Below are positions 23,395 to 35,513 of a stretch of DNA of 64,000 nt, piece after piece. The first letter of the stretch is position 1. Each line of letters starts with the position of its first letter. Origin of the DNA: Blastocystis sp. subtype 4 (lineage: Eukaryota); NCBI RefSeq assembly GCF_000743755.1, contig NW_014569469.1, positions 1 through 64,000 on the forward strand, given 5' to 3'. A program made the translations under genes and the position numbers. The notes below the pieces were generated by a model. That model did no database searches. It had not been told where the DNA came from and saw only the letters and a program-made list of their open reading frames with translations.

Positions 23395-26243
23395 ATGGAA
23401 AAGAATACTGTGAAGGCGAGCAAATTGATAGCTTGTGACTCGATATCCATTACAGCTGTAGCGACATTTCGCAATAAGGTATTTGTAGCTGGATATGGAG
23501 ATAAACTGTTTGTGTATTATCTTTCTACAGGTATGATAGTGGCAAGATCCATAAGGATGTAGAAGATGGACAAGAGTTGATAAATGAACCGAAAGTATTT
23601 CCAAATTACTTTGGTTGTAAAACAGCAAGCGAAGAGATGATTGTAGACCCAATCCACGAAGTTCTGCTGTGTCGTACCCAGTTGGGTGTTTATGTGAGGT
23701 TCTTGGCAATTACTGATTTGTAGTGTATCGATTTGAACAATATGACATTAAAAACACTTCTCAACAACACACAAAAGTGTCAATGTATGGCATTAAATGC
23801 AGATTGTACCAAATTATGCATTGGAGTGCGAAAGAAGACCTTGATCTTTACGATCCACAACAATGTGTTCACATTCACAAACTTCATTCCTTCGAAGGAG
23901 ACTCCGATGTGTATGAGCTGGATTGATCGTTCGCTTTTCGTTGGATGCAAAATTGCCTATTATCTCCAAGATGTTGATGCTGGTGCCATTACCAAAACTG
24001 TTCTAATCAAAGCAGCTAAATCCTGGACATCCATACTTACTGTTACTTCTTCCAATCATCCTGAAGCGTTGCTCCTCGATTCAGACAATACGATTGTAAT
24101 GGTCGACAAACAGGGAATTCCAACTCATTCAGTTGATTCATTTGCACCGATCTTATCTGTAGATGGAGGAGTGTATTCATTTGACAACGCAACCCACTCA
24201 ACTGATTGCATCATATCCCTATCTCTTTGTCTTGGTGAAGAATTATCTCTATGTCTACAATCTACCTTCATTGACGCGTATTCAGAAGATTCCTCTCGAA
24301 GGTCATTTCCACATCGTTCCCTATGATGATGCATTCCTTCTCTATTCGGTACATAATATTTATCGACTCGGCTTGTTATCTGCTCATGACCAGATTGAAA
24401 TGCTTCTTAGTTTGGATCCTCCTATGTTCCAACAAGCCCTTGTCGTGGCGTCGAATCATAATCTAGATAAAGAAATCGTTCAGAAATTGCATGTTCGTTA
24501 TGGATACTATCTCTTCTCCTTGGGTCTCTTTGATGATGCTATGAATCAGTTCTCATACGTTGAATCCTCTCTTATGGATGTTCTCGTGTTATTCCAAGAA
24601 TTGCGTTTCCCGGGAGTTTCAGCGTAGAAATGGAATGGAAGTTTCAGCGATAGATCAGAACAGATCAATCCCTACCGGCCTCCTGAATTGACTCCAACCA
24701 GTCGTCGACGTGCTTATGAGGCTCTTGTTGGTTATTTGAAGGAGCAGAGAGTTCATGAGAATGATAACGTCTCAGACTCTGCTCAGGAGTCAACTCACTC
24801 TCATGAAGCTACAGCCAGTCTCATTGATAACGTATGCATGTTGTCTTTTGTCATATCTAGGCTCTTGTACTTACTCTCATTGCTCTTCAAGCAGGAGATG
24901 AGGTTAAGGAGATACTTCTGTCTTCAAATCATTGTGATATTCAAGTGATTGAAGAACGACTTGTGACTAGCATTCAGACGACCTCTTCTGAACCTATTCG
25001 AATGATGTTAACTCTCTCCTTGCTCTATCTCTTTGAAGGAAAGCAGCAATACAAACGAGTCCTAACAATGAATTGTTCTCATGCATAGGCTGTTGAAGTG
25101 GTTCTTTACCAGCTTCAGAGATGTCGTACTCAGAGTCCTGAACGTACACAATTACTTCACATCTTCACTCATATTCTCTATGGGTTAGAAAGCTGTGATG
25201 AGTCTCTTGTCTTTAAATGCAGTGAACGTATCTATACGGAAGTTCCTGAGTTAGTAATGCGTTGTTTTATCAATGATGATGGATTAATCGGACATCTCAA
25301 CATTTATCATGTGACGAAACATCTTCTCTCTCTTACATCAAACGAAACTACAGTCTATGATAGGAATAAACTTGCTTTGGAGTATCTGTGGGTTGTTGTT
25401 CCTCATATGAACACTTCCCAACCTCCAGAGTTCAATCTAGCTCATACTCTTGCTAGAATGTATGTGGACACGATTTGTGATTTGCGTCAAACCAATCCAG
25501 ATGATGAACGTGTACCTCAGATGCGTTCTCGTCTTCAAAGTCTCTTGAAGACCAATCATTACTGCATTCCAGATAAATTGCTGGAAGTTCTTCCAGAAGA
25601 TATGCAGAAAGAACGATGTGTTGGAGATAATTGAAGGAATGAGAGATAGATCCTGCTAGCCAGACTTCATCGTCATCAGGAAGCTCTTCAGTTGATTCTT
25701 CCTAATCTGGAAGAGGCCTATCATTATTGTAATGAAGTGATTCAGATCGGAGATAAGGAGGATCGAGATGTGTACTTTATTCTCCTGGGAATGTAGAAGT
25801 GATAGAATGACTTAATTTGTAGCTTGGTAAAGCAATATCCAAGTGGAGATATGGACATAGAGGTTTATCGTCTGATTGATCGATATCATGAGTATTTGGA
25901 TCCTGAACAAGTAATGAATCTCTTTCCTGATACGACATCCTTGGCAAAACTCTATCCTTATGCATCTCAAGCAATCACTGCATTGACTGAAGAGATGTAC
26001 AATACACGGATGAAATTCAACTTGATGATGTCTGACTATGTGGAAGTAAGAATTCATGGAAGTGGTGAGGAGTAGAATAAGCATGCAGTTGCAGTGTCTA
26101 GACAGAATGGAGTGGAAGTGGACGAGGAGTCAGTTTGCGCGAAATGTGGAAAAGCACTAGGTACAGCGGCTATTGTGTGGACAAATAATAATGAATTGTA
26201 TCACTACAGCTGCTGTGAAATGGAAGGGTATGAACTATGGTGA
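23395..26243 (+). CDS. VPS39: Vps39/Vam6-like tethering subunit (CNH propeller, clathrin-like repeat, C-terminal Zn finger)
   Basis: KLCIGVRKK..KETPMCMSWIDRSLFVG; LHVRYGYYLFSLGLFDDAM; ILLARLHRHQEAL; C-terminal VCAKCGKALGTAAIVW..LYHYSC. Confidence 0.8.
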
Positions 26244-26387
26244 AGTCATCAACTAGGAACAATTTGCTGCTAAAAGACAAGCGCTCAGGTGTCGTTGAAA
26301 AGGTACCTTTATCAGAGGCAAAGGTTTGATTTGTTTCTTAACGAACACAGAAATAAGAATGTACAAAACCTCTTCACTTGATAGCTA

Positions 26388-26747
26388 TTATTTATAAACT
26401 AAAAGAATGAGTAGATCCAATAAATACATACTTCCCTTGAGTTTGTTCTTCTCCCTCTCCACACTTTCTTTTGCCTCTTTCAACTTCTGAATCTTCTGGA
26501 ACATTGGTGACTGTTTCAGAAGATCTGGAAGAACGATATATCGGACGCGACTTCCACGAATAAACACATTCTCAAGTTTGGATAACTTTCCATCACGAGC
26601 TCGCATTGTAACACTTGTCAACTGGCAATTCATATTGTCTTCCGAACGAACTAAGTGACCACGGTATTTCTCACCATTGGTTAATTCAACAATCACAGTA
26701 TTTCCCTCTCCTTCATGAAGAAGTTTGATAGGTATGCTTCCCGACAT
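26388..26747 (-). CDS. SNRPD3: Small nuclear ribonucleoprotein Sm D3
   Basis: IPIKLLHEGEGNTVIVELTNGEKYRGHLVRSEDNMNCQL...LENVFIRGSRVRYIVLPDLLKQSPMF. Confidence 0.95.
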   Translation of the reverse strand: MSGSIPIKLLHEGEGNTVIVELTNGEKYRGHLVRSEDNMNCQLTSVTMRARDGKLSKLENVFIRGSRVRYIVLPDLLKQSPMFQKIQKLKEAKESVEREKNKLKGSMYLLDLLILLVYK

Positions 26748-26895
26748 ATCAACCGAATTGGCTTCGAGATTGAGGAAAATGATGTATGGAGAAAATAGGT
26801 CCGTTTTCTGGCACTAAGTTTAAATCGTAATTCACAACAAAGAGAAGATATCTCTTATAGTACATAACTATCTTGAGTACTTGGTTTGCAAACGA

Positions 26896-28405
26896 CTAAT
26901 TGGATTCGCTCTCTGCTGAGTATCTACGAAAACGAGGTTGTGTCTTTTCCTCAGAAACGATTATAGTATCAGACTTCGTGGGTTCCGTTCCGGATACAGA
27001 TGCACGAATGATCACTGTCCGGGTTACTGGGTAGGTCAAGTGAATGGGAATCCAGCTGTGTCGAAATGTGCAATAAAGAAGTCCAGCGATTAGATATGCA
27101 CTTACAATATCCACTAGGTGGAATGAAAGTGATAATTCTTACCAGAGTAATGCTTCCTTGCTGCTAGACAGAATATGGAGAAGAGGAGGAGTGTAAATAG
27201 TGTGAAACCTCTCCAGATCCAACGCACTATGGGTCTCTTTGCCTTCCATAGTTCTTCTGAGAGTAGCATCACTGTAACAAGAAACCCTGTATGTCCACTG
27301 AAGATGAGGTCACCACAGTTTAGTGCATGACCGAACATGGTGCCCTGGTTGATAAAGATGTTCTTCACCGTCGCTGGCGCGTAGTTGGGAGTGCCTGGAC
27401 GGCAATGTGGTGCTGGTCCTGGTAGGAGTGTCCACCATCCCATCACACCCTATGCCCTTATTGGTAGGATTGAACTTTACTTTGCAGAGAATCATGATAC
27501 TTGAGATGCGACCAAAATCGGCCCACATCTTGTTTCGAACGGCTGGATGAAGAAAGAGACTCCGCAAGACACATAGCAGGATATAGGAGACAAGAATGAC
27601 ATCTGAAGTCTCTGCATATTTGAGAGGGATTTCTGGAATAACTGAAAACCCTATATCATATCTGTATCTAAGCTGAATGCAAGATTCCTACAAAGATGGA
27701 CCCTTCACATGAAGATAATGAGTCAAGTTGTTCATAGAGGATGTGGTAATCCCACAAAAGAATAGTGTGATCAGATTGCAGGATAGAGTAAAGAGTGAAT
27801 GGTCCATCTTCCTGTAGAATAGGTTGATTAGAAAGAGAAACGTTCCAAAACATAGAACGAAAACCAAATATACACCAAGATAAAATAGTCCTGATGACGC
27901 TGCTGGATCGAAAAAGAGAAGACTAAAGAACGATACCCAGAGAAAGATAAGAAGATAGTTAAAGGACTAATTGCCAAGGATGGAGAAAACCTACTACAAC
28001 TGCAGGAACCCATGGTGCAGACTTCTTGATTTCTTCGATATTAAAATGTTCACAGTATTCGATTGGATCTGGCTGAGGGAAAGGTGAAGGATTGACTACA
28101 TTTCAATCAAATTCATGTATTACATTTCCATTGCAAGTATGGAAGTATTCCGGAGGATCCAAGATATCTAAAGGTGATTGAATGATAGTGAATCGACAGT
28201 AGAATACCAATAGTCAGGAAGGGAACACCGATTCTTAAAAACCACAAAAAGAACGAGAATTGGATGAACTAAAATTAATCCCATAATAATAATGTACAAA
28301 ACGAAACACCCGAGAGAGAATGGCCGTTCCTCCTAGGACAAGTGCAACTTTAACCCATCGATTCGAGGAATTGTGGTGAAAAATATCGTTCATAGATGTT
28401 TTCAT
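26896..28405 (-). CDS. Inositol phosphorylceramide / sphingomyelin synthase family phosphotransferase (start uncertain)
   Basis: HYLHVKGP..YDIGFSVIPE, TLLPGPAPHC, CGDLIFSGHT, ARKHYSVDIV catalytic motifs. Confidence 0.85.
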
Positions 28406-28834
28406 GACAATCTGTCGTCAAGGGATATTTGTGACAGGACGAAGAAATGCGTGTTTTCATCAAATATCACTTTATCAGGTGGTTTGTCAACGATATCTAT
28501 GGATTCGACAAGAAAGAAGCAAACAGGATAGAAAGAAGAAAATGATACATTTGTCTTATAGATCCAAAAACAAGCCGATAATATGAATTATAGATTTCTG
28601 ATAGTTTTAGGCGAATGAATCAAACAAATCCATTCGTTGCAAAAAGAATTGTATGTAGTCTGTAAATAGAATAACTAAACCAAAAGAGACAAACCCACTT
28701 TCAGCTGTACTCTAGGGATACAGATACCACTCCACCAATAGATTATTCTATCTGAACATTTGGAAGAAAGATGCCATTCTTCCACCGGCAAAAACCGCGG
28801 AAAAATATCATATAACATTATTACCTTATCGAAG

Positions 28835-31665
28835 ATGGATGTTGTCAGACAAGCTGCATTCAGACAAATTGTGAAGTCATTTATGAGTGTTGTTGGAGAA
28901 TGCCGTCGGTTGTAGTTCAGTTTAGTTATCAGTAGAGATCTGCTATCTTGAAGGTAATCATGCTTGCTGCGATTGTTGTTATCACTCATTCTGTGAGGCT
29001 TGCATCGGAGCTTCATCCAAAAACAATCAGTTGGTTTTAGTTTTAATATGAGAACTTAGTAATTGCCCTGTATGCGGAGAGAAGTACAACCGTATTATCG
29101 GAGAACACGTACTTTTGTTGCTAGGGGATGATTCTTAGGAATACCGAGAACTTGTTTACAATTTAGCTACTCTTCCTCGTGAAGTATATTCTCTTCTCTT
29201 GGTTAATAGATAGGAGTATGAACGCATTGCTCCTGAAAGGAACAAAAACTTGTGTCCTGTTTTTTCAGTTGTATTTTCTAATGAATAGGAATTGAGAGAG
29301 ATGGTCGATCTGTTGAACTCAATGCAGGGTTGTAACATCGTTCCTATTCTGCTTTATCTTGATATCTAGGCCATTTTAAATCGTCTTGCTAAAAAGAGTT
29401 TTTCTAATGATGCTAGTTTCCGAACAGCTGTACATCAAGAAATTGCATCTCAGGAAATTGGTCGTGAAGTATTAATTCTTTTCTCAGTTCATTTGTAGCC
29501 ATCAGAATTGCAACAAAGACTCATCGATTCGCTGCCTCAGGAAATGGATTCTAAGGTTCAAGTTCTTGTTTCTATTCACTTGTAGGATGTTAGCCGTACA
29601 TTCACTTTCATTCTCCATATGGAAGAGCAGTACATTCAGATGATTCTGAATGTCCGTGGTCGTCAGCGTGAAGTTCATATTGGCAAGCTGCTCCGTGTTC
29701 TGGCCAATTGTGACAACTACAAAGGAATTCCCGTGATTGTCGACATCATCTTCAGTTACAATAGTTCTGTAGTATCTGATCTTCTTTACAATGAGTAGAT
29801 TATTGCTCGTATCATAAACTATCTCTTCAAGTTGCCTCGTAATGGATACAGAGAAACTGTGGAGTTGCTGAATTACCATAAGAATAGTGAGATTGGACAG
29901 TTGAAAGCATTCTTCGAACACTATTATCATAACCAGTGGATCGATCATGTTCATTTCGATGATGAGACTGTTCTTTCAGTTGTTCTTCGTCCTAAATCTA
30001 GTGATATTGAATACGTAACTGGTAATGAATACAACCGTAAAGGTCGTCTCCTATACACGGGCTGTTATCTTGGATGTCAATACAATGGTCACGGGAAATT
30101 ATATTTGGATGACCAATCATATTACGAGGGAACTTTTGATGGTGGAAAACGTTCTGGAGTGTTCTACCTTCGTACAGAACGGTATACCCTGCGTAAGGAT
30201 AATTTTGTGCGTGATAAGAGGAATGGCGAATGTGTGGAGTATTTTGACAATAGTGAAATGGAGCGCTCGGTTGCAACATACGTAGACGATAAACGTTGTG
30301 GTCCTGCTCGAGAGATGGATGGAACTGGAGGATTACGATTCAAAGGTTGTTATAACAATAATTTACGTGAAGGTGAGGGATTTGAATTTTTGGGGCCCCA
30401 TCTTTGTAAAAAAGGAAAATACATGAATGGGATTCTCACTTCATGGAGTTGGCATTACTTAGCTACTCCTTATATGCCACTTGACATGCAAAACTATGAT
30501 TATCATAGTGATCCCTCATACTATACATGTAATCCCATTCCTCTTATTCAGAAGGGATATGGTCAGGATTATATCACTCCTTTTTCTTCAAGAGGAAGAG
30601 CTTTCTTATGTATTATTTGAGATGTTCAGTGATTCATAGTTATCAATAATGAAATTATTGATTTGTTAGAGAATTTCAAGAACACTCATAAGGGGCGTTT
30701 CATTGGAAATGGAAGTGAATCTGTTCGAGAATTAACCTTGTATTCAGATAATCTGGAAGTGATTGATTTTACAAAGTTGTGGTGCATTGTGTCTTGTCTA
30801 ACAATGTTATCAAAACTTTATATTCGAAGTGGGAGTTTCATAGGCGTTTCATTGTAGAAATGATCCTACGAAATGTGGGTGTCACTAATAATATAAAGCC
30901 AACAATTTCGGAATTACGTTTCCAAGGTTGATTTTTGGAATGATAATAATAAGTAGACTGTACATTTGATAATGGTGAGTTTATGTCGTTGGGCGATAAC
31001 ATAAGCAGTTTGGGGTTTGAGCGTAGCTATGATAGGTGATTATGATACGTAGACTGTTTGGGAATGAAGAACTTCGTAGTGAAGAGAGGTATGTTTGTCC
31101 ATGTTCGCAATTTCATAATATCACGTGAGAATGAGTAATGAGAATGAATCTTAGGCTGTCACAATTTGGAGAGCATAGCAATTGAAGAAGGAAACTTCCA
31201 AAAAGTGGAAACACAGAATTTCATGGATGGATTGACTCATGTGAAGGAGCTGGTATTGGGTCCATTAGCATGTTCATTATGCAGTGCTCTGACCATTCAA
31301 GGTAAGATCAAGGAGAGAGTGTTAGAGTAGGAATGGAGGCTTTAGAGTACATTAAGCTGGAGAGGAAGGCATGTAAGGCTGGAGTAACCTTGCTGATCGG
31401 GTCGTGCCCAGAATTAAGATCGATAGAGATGGATCAGGAATGCTTCATGAGCGCTACTTCGATTGGAATCTTGAAGGCACCTAAGTTAGAAACGATTAGT
31501 GGAAAGGGAGGCAATTTCATGAAGATTGATCATGTGATCTTACGTGATACTCCTTTATTGACCTTTATGTTCAAAGTGAGGGTACGTAAGTCTCCCAAAC
31601 TAGAGCTTGAAAATGTGGGTCCTGATACAGAGATGAGTGTATTGAAGTGGCTTGGTAAGATGTGA
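28835..31665 (+). CDS. RING-HC + MORN repeats + C-terminal LRR-like protein (start may lie further upstream)
   Basis: Spliced CQICYLEGNHACCDCCYHSFCEACIGASSKNNHNCPVC; MORN units YTGCYLGCQYNGHGKL, YEGTFDGGKRSG, FKGCYNNNLREGEG; LRR-like CPELRSIEMDQECF; TGTTTGTT 31673-31680. Confidence 0.75.
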
Positions 31666-31694
31666 TTCTGAGTGTTTGTTAAGAAACATGAATA

Positions 31695-34141
31695 TTAATG
31701 CTTTAAACGGAATACAGAATCGACAGCAGTCATCGATCCATCATGAGACTGAATGAGAGGGTTGATATCAATCTCTGACACTTGAGGACACTCTGCCATA
31801 ATGCGAGAGAGTGCTGAAGTGTACTTTGCAAATAGTTCCTTATTCAACTTTGGCTGTCCACGGAATCTATCATTCAATCCTCTTCTCTTCACTTACCCAT
31901 TGACCAATCTCTCATTCTTTAGACCCTTTAGTGACAACATCACTTCCTCTTGTGAAGCAGGACACATATTGAATACCACGTCCTTCAAAATCTCAACCAT
32001 GATTCCACCAAGACCTGACACTGTAATCGGTCCAAATGTGGCATCTCGATTAGCTCCAATCATCATCTCCAAACCCTTGGGTACCATCTCACTCACCATA
32101 ATTCCATGATACTCCACAGGCTGTGTGCTGAACTTCTTATGCATGGCATTGACTGCTTCACAGACTGCTTCTGGATCCTTCAGATTCAGTGTTACACCTC
32201 CTACATCTGTCTTGTGAATGATCTACTGGAAACAATTCTATTCATTCCTACATCAGGCGACACCACCTTCGCTACAAAGCGACCAGAAGGATTTGAAGCC
32301 AGATTCCGCGATACGAAGTCTGCAGCCTCATTACCATTTGTGAAGAGACTGTAAGCAGGAGTCTTAATGCCACAAAGAGTAAACACATCATATCCTTCCA
32401 CTTCTGTCAATGTGAAGCGACCTTTGTTAGCAACCTTATTAAAAAGAGCATTAACCTGAGTCATATCAATTGAGGGATACGTCTATTCATCATCTCTTCT
32501 TCTTAACCTCACTTCACTATGAATACTCTTGCGAGCTGTCAAATACTCCTGATAACTGGCCAACTTACTCAGTACACGTAATGCCTCTTCAGCTCCTGAA
32601 TACACAGCCATTCCACTCTCCTTCAGAATTGTTCGGATGGTACGATCGTCAGGATACTTGCCACCCCACTCCACAACCACGAACGGCTTCTGTGTCTTGC
32701 CTGGTCCAAAATGTTCCACAATCTGCTTAGCCATCACATCAGAATCAGCCAAGCCAGGTGCAATTGGCTGTAGTCCAAACACCACAGCATCAATATTCGG
32801 ATCTTCCAGAGCCAGATGTCCAGCCTTCAACATGTCCTCTGTCTTGGCTGATCCAGTCAGATCCATAGGATTGGCACACTGATAATAAGGAGGGAATGTC
32901 TCACGGAACTTCTTCACAGTAGCAGGATCAAAGTCAGCAAGACTCATTTTGTAATTATCCACAGCATCAGCAATCAAGACACCAAACCCACCTGCATCAG
33001 TAACAACTAACAATGAACCATCATGATCTTCACTCACTAGCAATACGACGGCCTTGAGGCAGTGACTGATAACGGAGAATACGACCAATATTGAAAAGGT
33101 CCCTCCACACATCACAACGAATCACTCCATTCTATCTCTTACACTCACAATCATTCTCTACATTACGAAGGAGCTGATCACACACAGCATCATTGGCAGC
33201 CATGAATGTGAAGCTGAGGCCTTGGCACCTGCTGCACTACGATTTGCCTTGATCAATAACATGGGCTTCTTCAAGGTCAGACGTTTCGCCTCCTTCATAA
33301 AACGAGAACCATCACGGAAACCTTCCAGATATGCCCAAGTCTGTTTTACCGAAGGTTCATCTGCATAATAGCGCATGATATCCATCTCGTTTACGTCACA
33401 AGCATTTCCAAAACTCACAAACTTGGAAATCCAGCCATCATGATTTCTTCCTGAGAGCTATGATTGTAACGACTAACTTACGCTTACCTCGTTCAAAATA
33501 GCAGAGGCAAGGGCTCCACTTTGAGAGAAGATTCCTACAGGGCCAAAACCAGGTTTTGCAAGTCTAAAATAAAGGAAGTGGATCAACTCTACCCTTCTTC
33601 ACCGACAAACAGAGTATCAATGCTTGAAGGGTCGTAAACACCCATACAATTCGGTCCAATGATACGACAGTCATACTGCTTAGCCAGTTCAACAAGTCTC
33701 GTCTGTCTCGCCTTTCCTTCTTCAGTTTTCGTTTCCTTAAAACCACCTGGAATCATGATGATGTACTTTGCACCCTTTTTCATACATTGTTCAGCAGACT
33801 CAACAGCAAACTTTGCGGGAACAACAATGACTGCTGCTTCGATATTCTTGGGCACATCAAGTGGTGTTTTATAGATTTGCTGACCATTCAGTTCACCTCC
33901 TAATATTCACGATCCCATTCTTATTCGCACCTTTAGGGTTAACGTAGAAGGTCTCTCCCTTGAACGTCTTCTTGTAGTTTTCACAAATAATATTACCTAG
34001 AGAACCTGGTTTTGTACTAGCTCCAACAATTGCATAGTTACTTGCTGCAAAAAAACCATTAATCGATCGGGTATTCACAGAAGTAGAGAACACCCTCGAT
34101 GTAAATAGATTCCGATACAAAACTAATTGTCTAGCTAACAT
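31695..34141 (-). CDS. ADP-forming acetate/acyl-CoA ligase (fused alpha-beta) with predicted mitochondrion-related organelle (MRO) presequence; one apparent frameshift near 33204
   Basis: AIVGASTKPGSLG, RIIGPNCMG, SQSGAL, SFGNACDV, KASASH (phospho-His), NPMDLTG, SPDIIHKTDVGGV, EIDINPL; N-terminus MLARQLVLYRNLFTSRVFSTS. Confidence 0.9.
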
Positions 34142-34239
34142 TTCATGAGAAATGGGGAAAAGAACTGTCTTCAGAGTTTTTGGAATCCCGAAATATTGAT
34201 TATTTCTTCAGTTACAAAGAAACAAGGGAATTAGCAAGA

Positions 34240-35337
34240 CTAGGCATTGCAAGCATCAGGCTTTTCACCTTCATAGGCATCACAAACAGTCTTCCGGAAA
34301 CTGGAGGTGTAATCCATCAACTTACCATTGACAATCGTCCAAGGAACGTATTCATGATCCTCAGGAGTTCTATCAGCGGCATCTAAGTGGAGAAGAGGAC
34401 CCTCTGTTCCCTTTGCACACTCCAGAATCACAGAAGCACACCAGTTTCATCAGCACACTTCTTAACGCCATCGTCAGTGAAATCTGTTGTCTTCTCCTCA
34501 CATACAATGAAATTCCACCAATTATCAGCAAAGTGTTTCTGAGCACAAAGTTCAACATAGTTGCCATAACACTCCTTCTCACCATGTTGACAGCTGAACT
34601 GTGGCCATAAGGAACCAGATCGATATCAGCAATGGCTCTTAATGATTCATCTTGGTAGAAGTCATTCACGTCATGGGTGATCAGTTGCTCGCATCCAGGA
34701 CAATAGGATTCATAGTAGATATGAACATCGACCTTCTTAACCTCTTTCTTGTCTTCATTGCAAGCATCAGGCTTTTCACCCTTGTAAGCATCACAAACAG
34801 TCTTTTTGAATTTTTCCTTCTCCACATCCATGACGACACCATCAACAACCACCCAAGGAACGTATTCATGATCCTCAGGAGTTCTATCAGCGGCATCTAA
34901 GTGGAGAAGAGGACCCTCTGTTCCCTTTGCACACTCCAGAATCACAGAAGCATACCGACTTCATCAGCACACTTCTTAACGCCATCGTCAGTGAAATCTG
35001 TTGTCTTCTCCTCGCAAATAATGAAATTCCACCAATTATCAGCAAAGTGTTTCTGAGCACAAAGTTCAACATAGTTGCCATAACACTCCTTCTCACCATG
35101 TTGACAGCTGAACTGTGGACCATAAGGAACCAGATCGATATCAGCAATGGCTCTTAATGATTCATCCTTGTAGAAGTCATTCACGTCATTAGTAAGAAGA
35201 TATTCGCATCCAGGACAATAGGATTCATAGTAGACATGAACATCGACCTTCTCAACCTATAATAATAAAGCAAAACAAATCCTAACAGCGAAAGCAACTG
35301 CAATAGTTACAAGAACAAAAGCAAAATTCTTGAGCAT
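34240..35337 (-). CDS. Secreted/lysosomal GILT (IFI30-like thiol reductase) with two tandem domains; frameshifted as assembled (possible pseudogene or assembly error)
   Basis: Signal peptide MLKNFAFVLVTIAVAFA; two YYESYCPGC active sites, two CQHGEKECYGN signatures, two HEYVPW motifs. Confidence 0.85.
34247..35253. repeat. Tandem near-identical duplication, unit about 510 nt (approx 34247-34737 and 34757-35253), equal to the two GILT domains
   Basis: Long identical blocks, e.g. ccaaggaacgtattcatgatcctcaggagttctatcagcggcatctaagtggagaagaggaccctctg, occur twice. Confidence 0.95.
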
Positions 35338-35513
35338 ACGAAAGATATAATGACGCAAGTGTTTTATCGGGGCCCTAATTCTGATTGGTTCATTATTAGG
35401 ACATGTTTTTTGCATTTTAGGATTAGGAACCATTCAATGAATAAGACCTTTAGCAAAATAAACTAAAATGGCATTTAGAGAACAAAAATACAATACTAAA
35501 AGAATAAATCACA

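Noticed and set aside
28410..28830. Possible ncRNA in a long intergenic gap (small hairpin near 28785-28800)
   Set aside because: No tRNA, snRNA or snoRNA signature recognised; part is probably upstream exons of the RING gene
34923..34955. gtatgcttct...gcaaag as a 31-nt intron fixing the GILT frameshift
   Set aside because: Splicing it gives the wrong frame and deletes a conserved Cys
34247..35253. Direct repeat as LTR, mobile element or CRISPR-like array
   Set aside because: The units are adjacent protein domains; no TG..CA ends, target-site duplication, transposase or spacers
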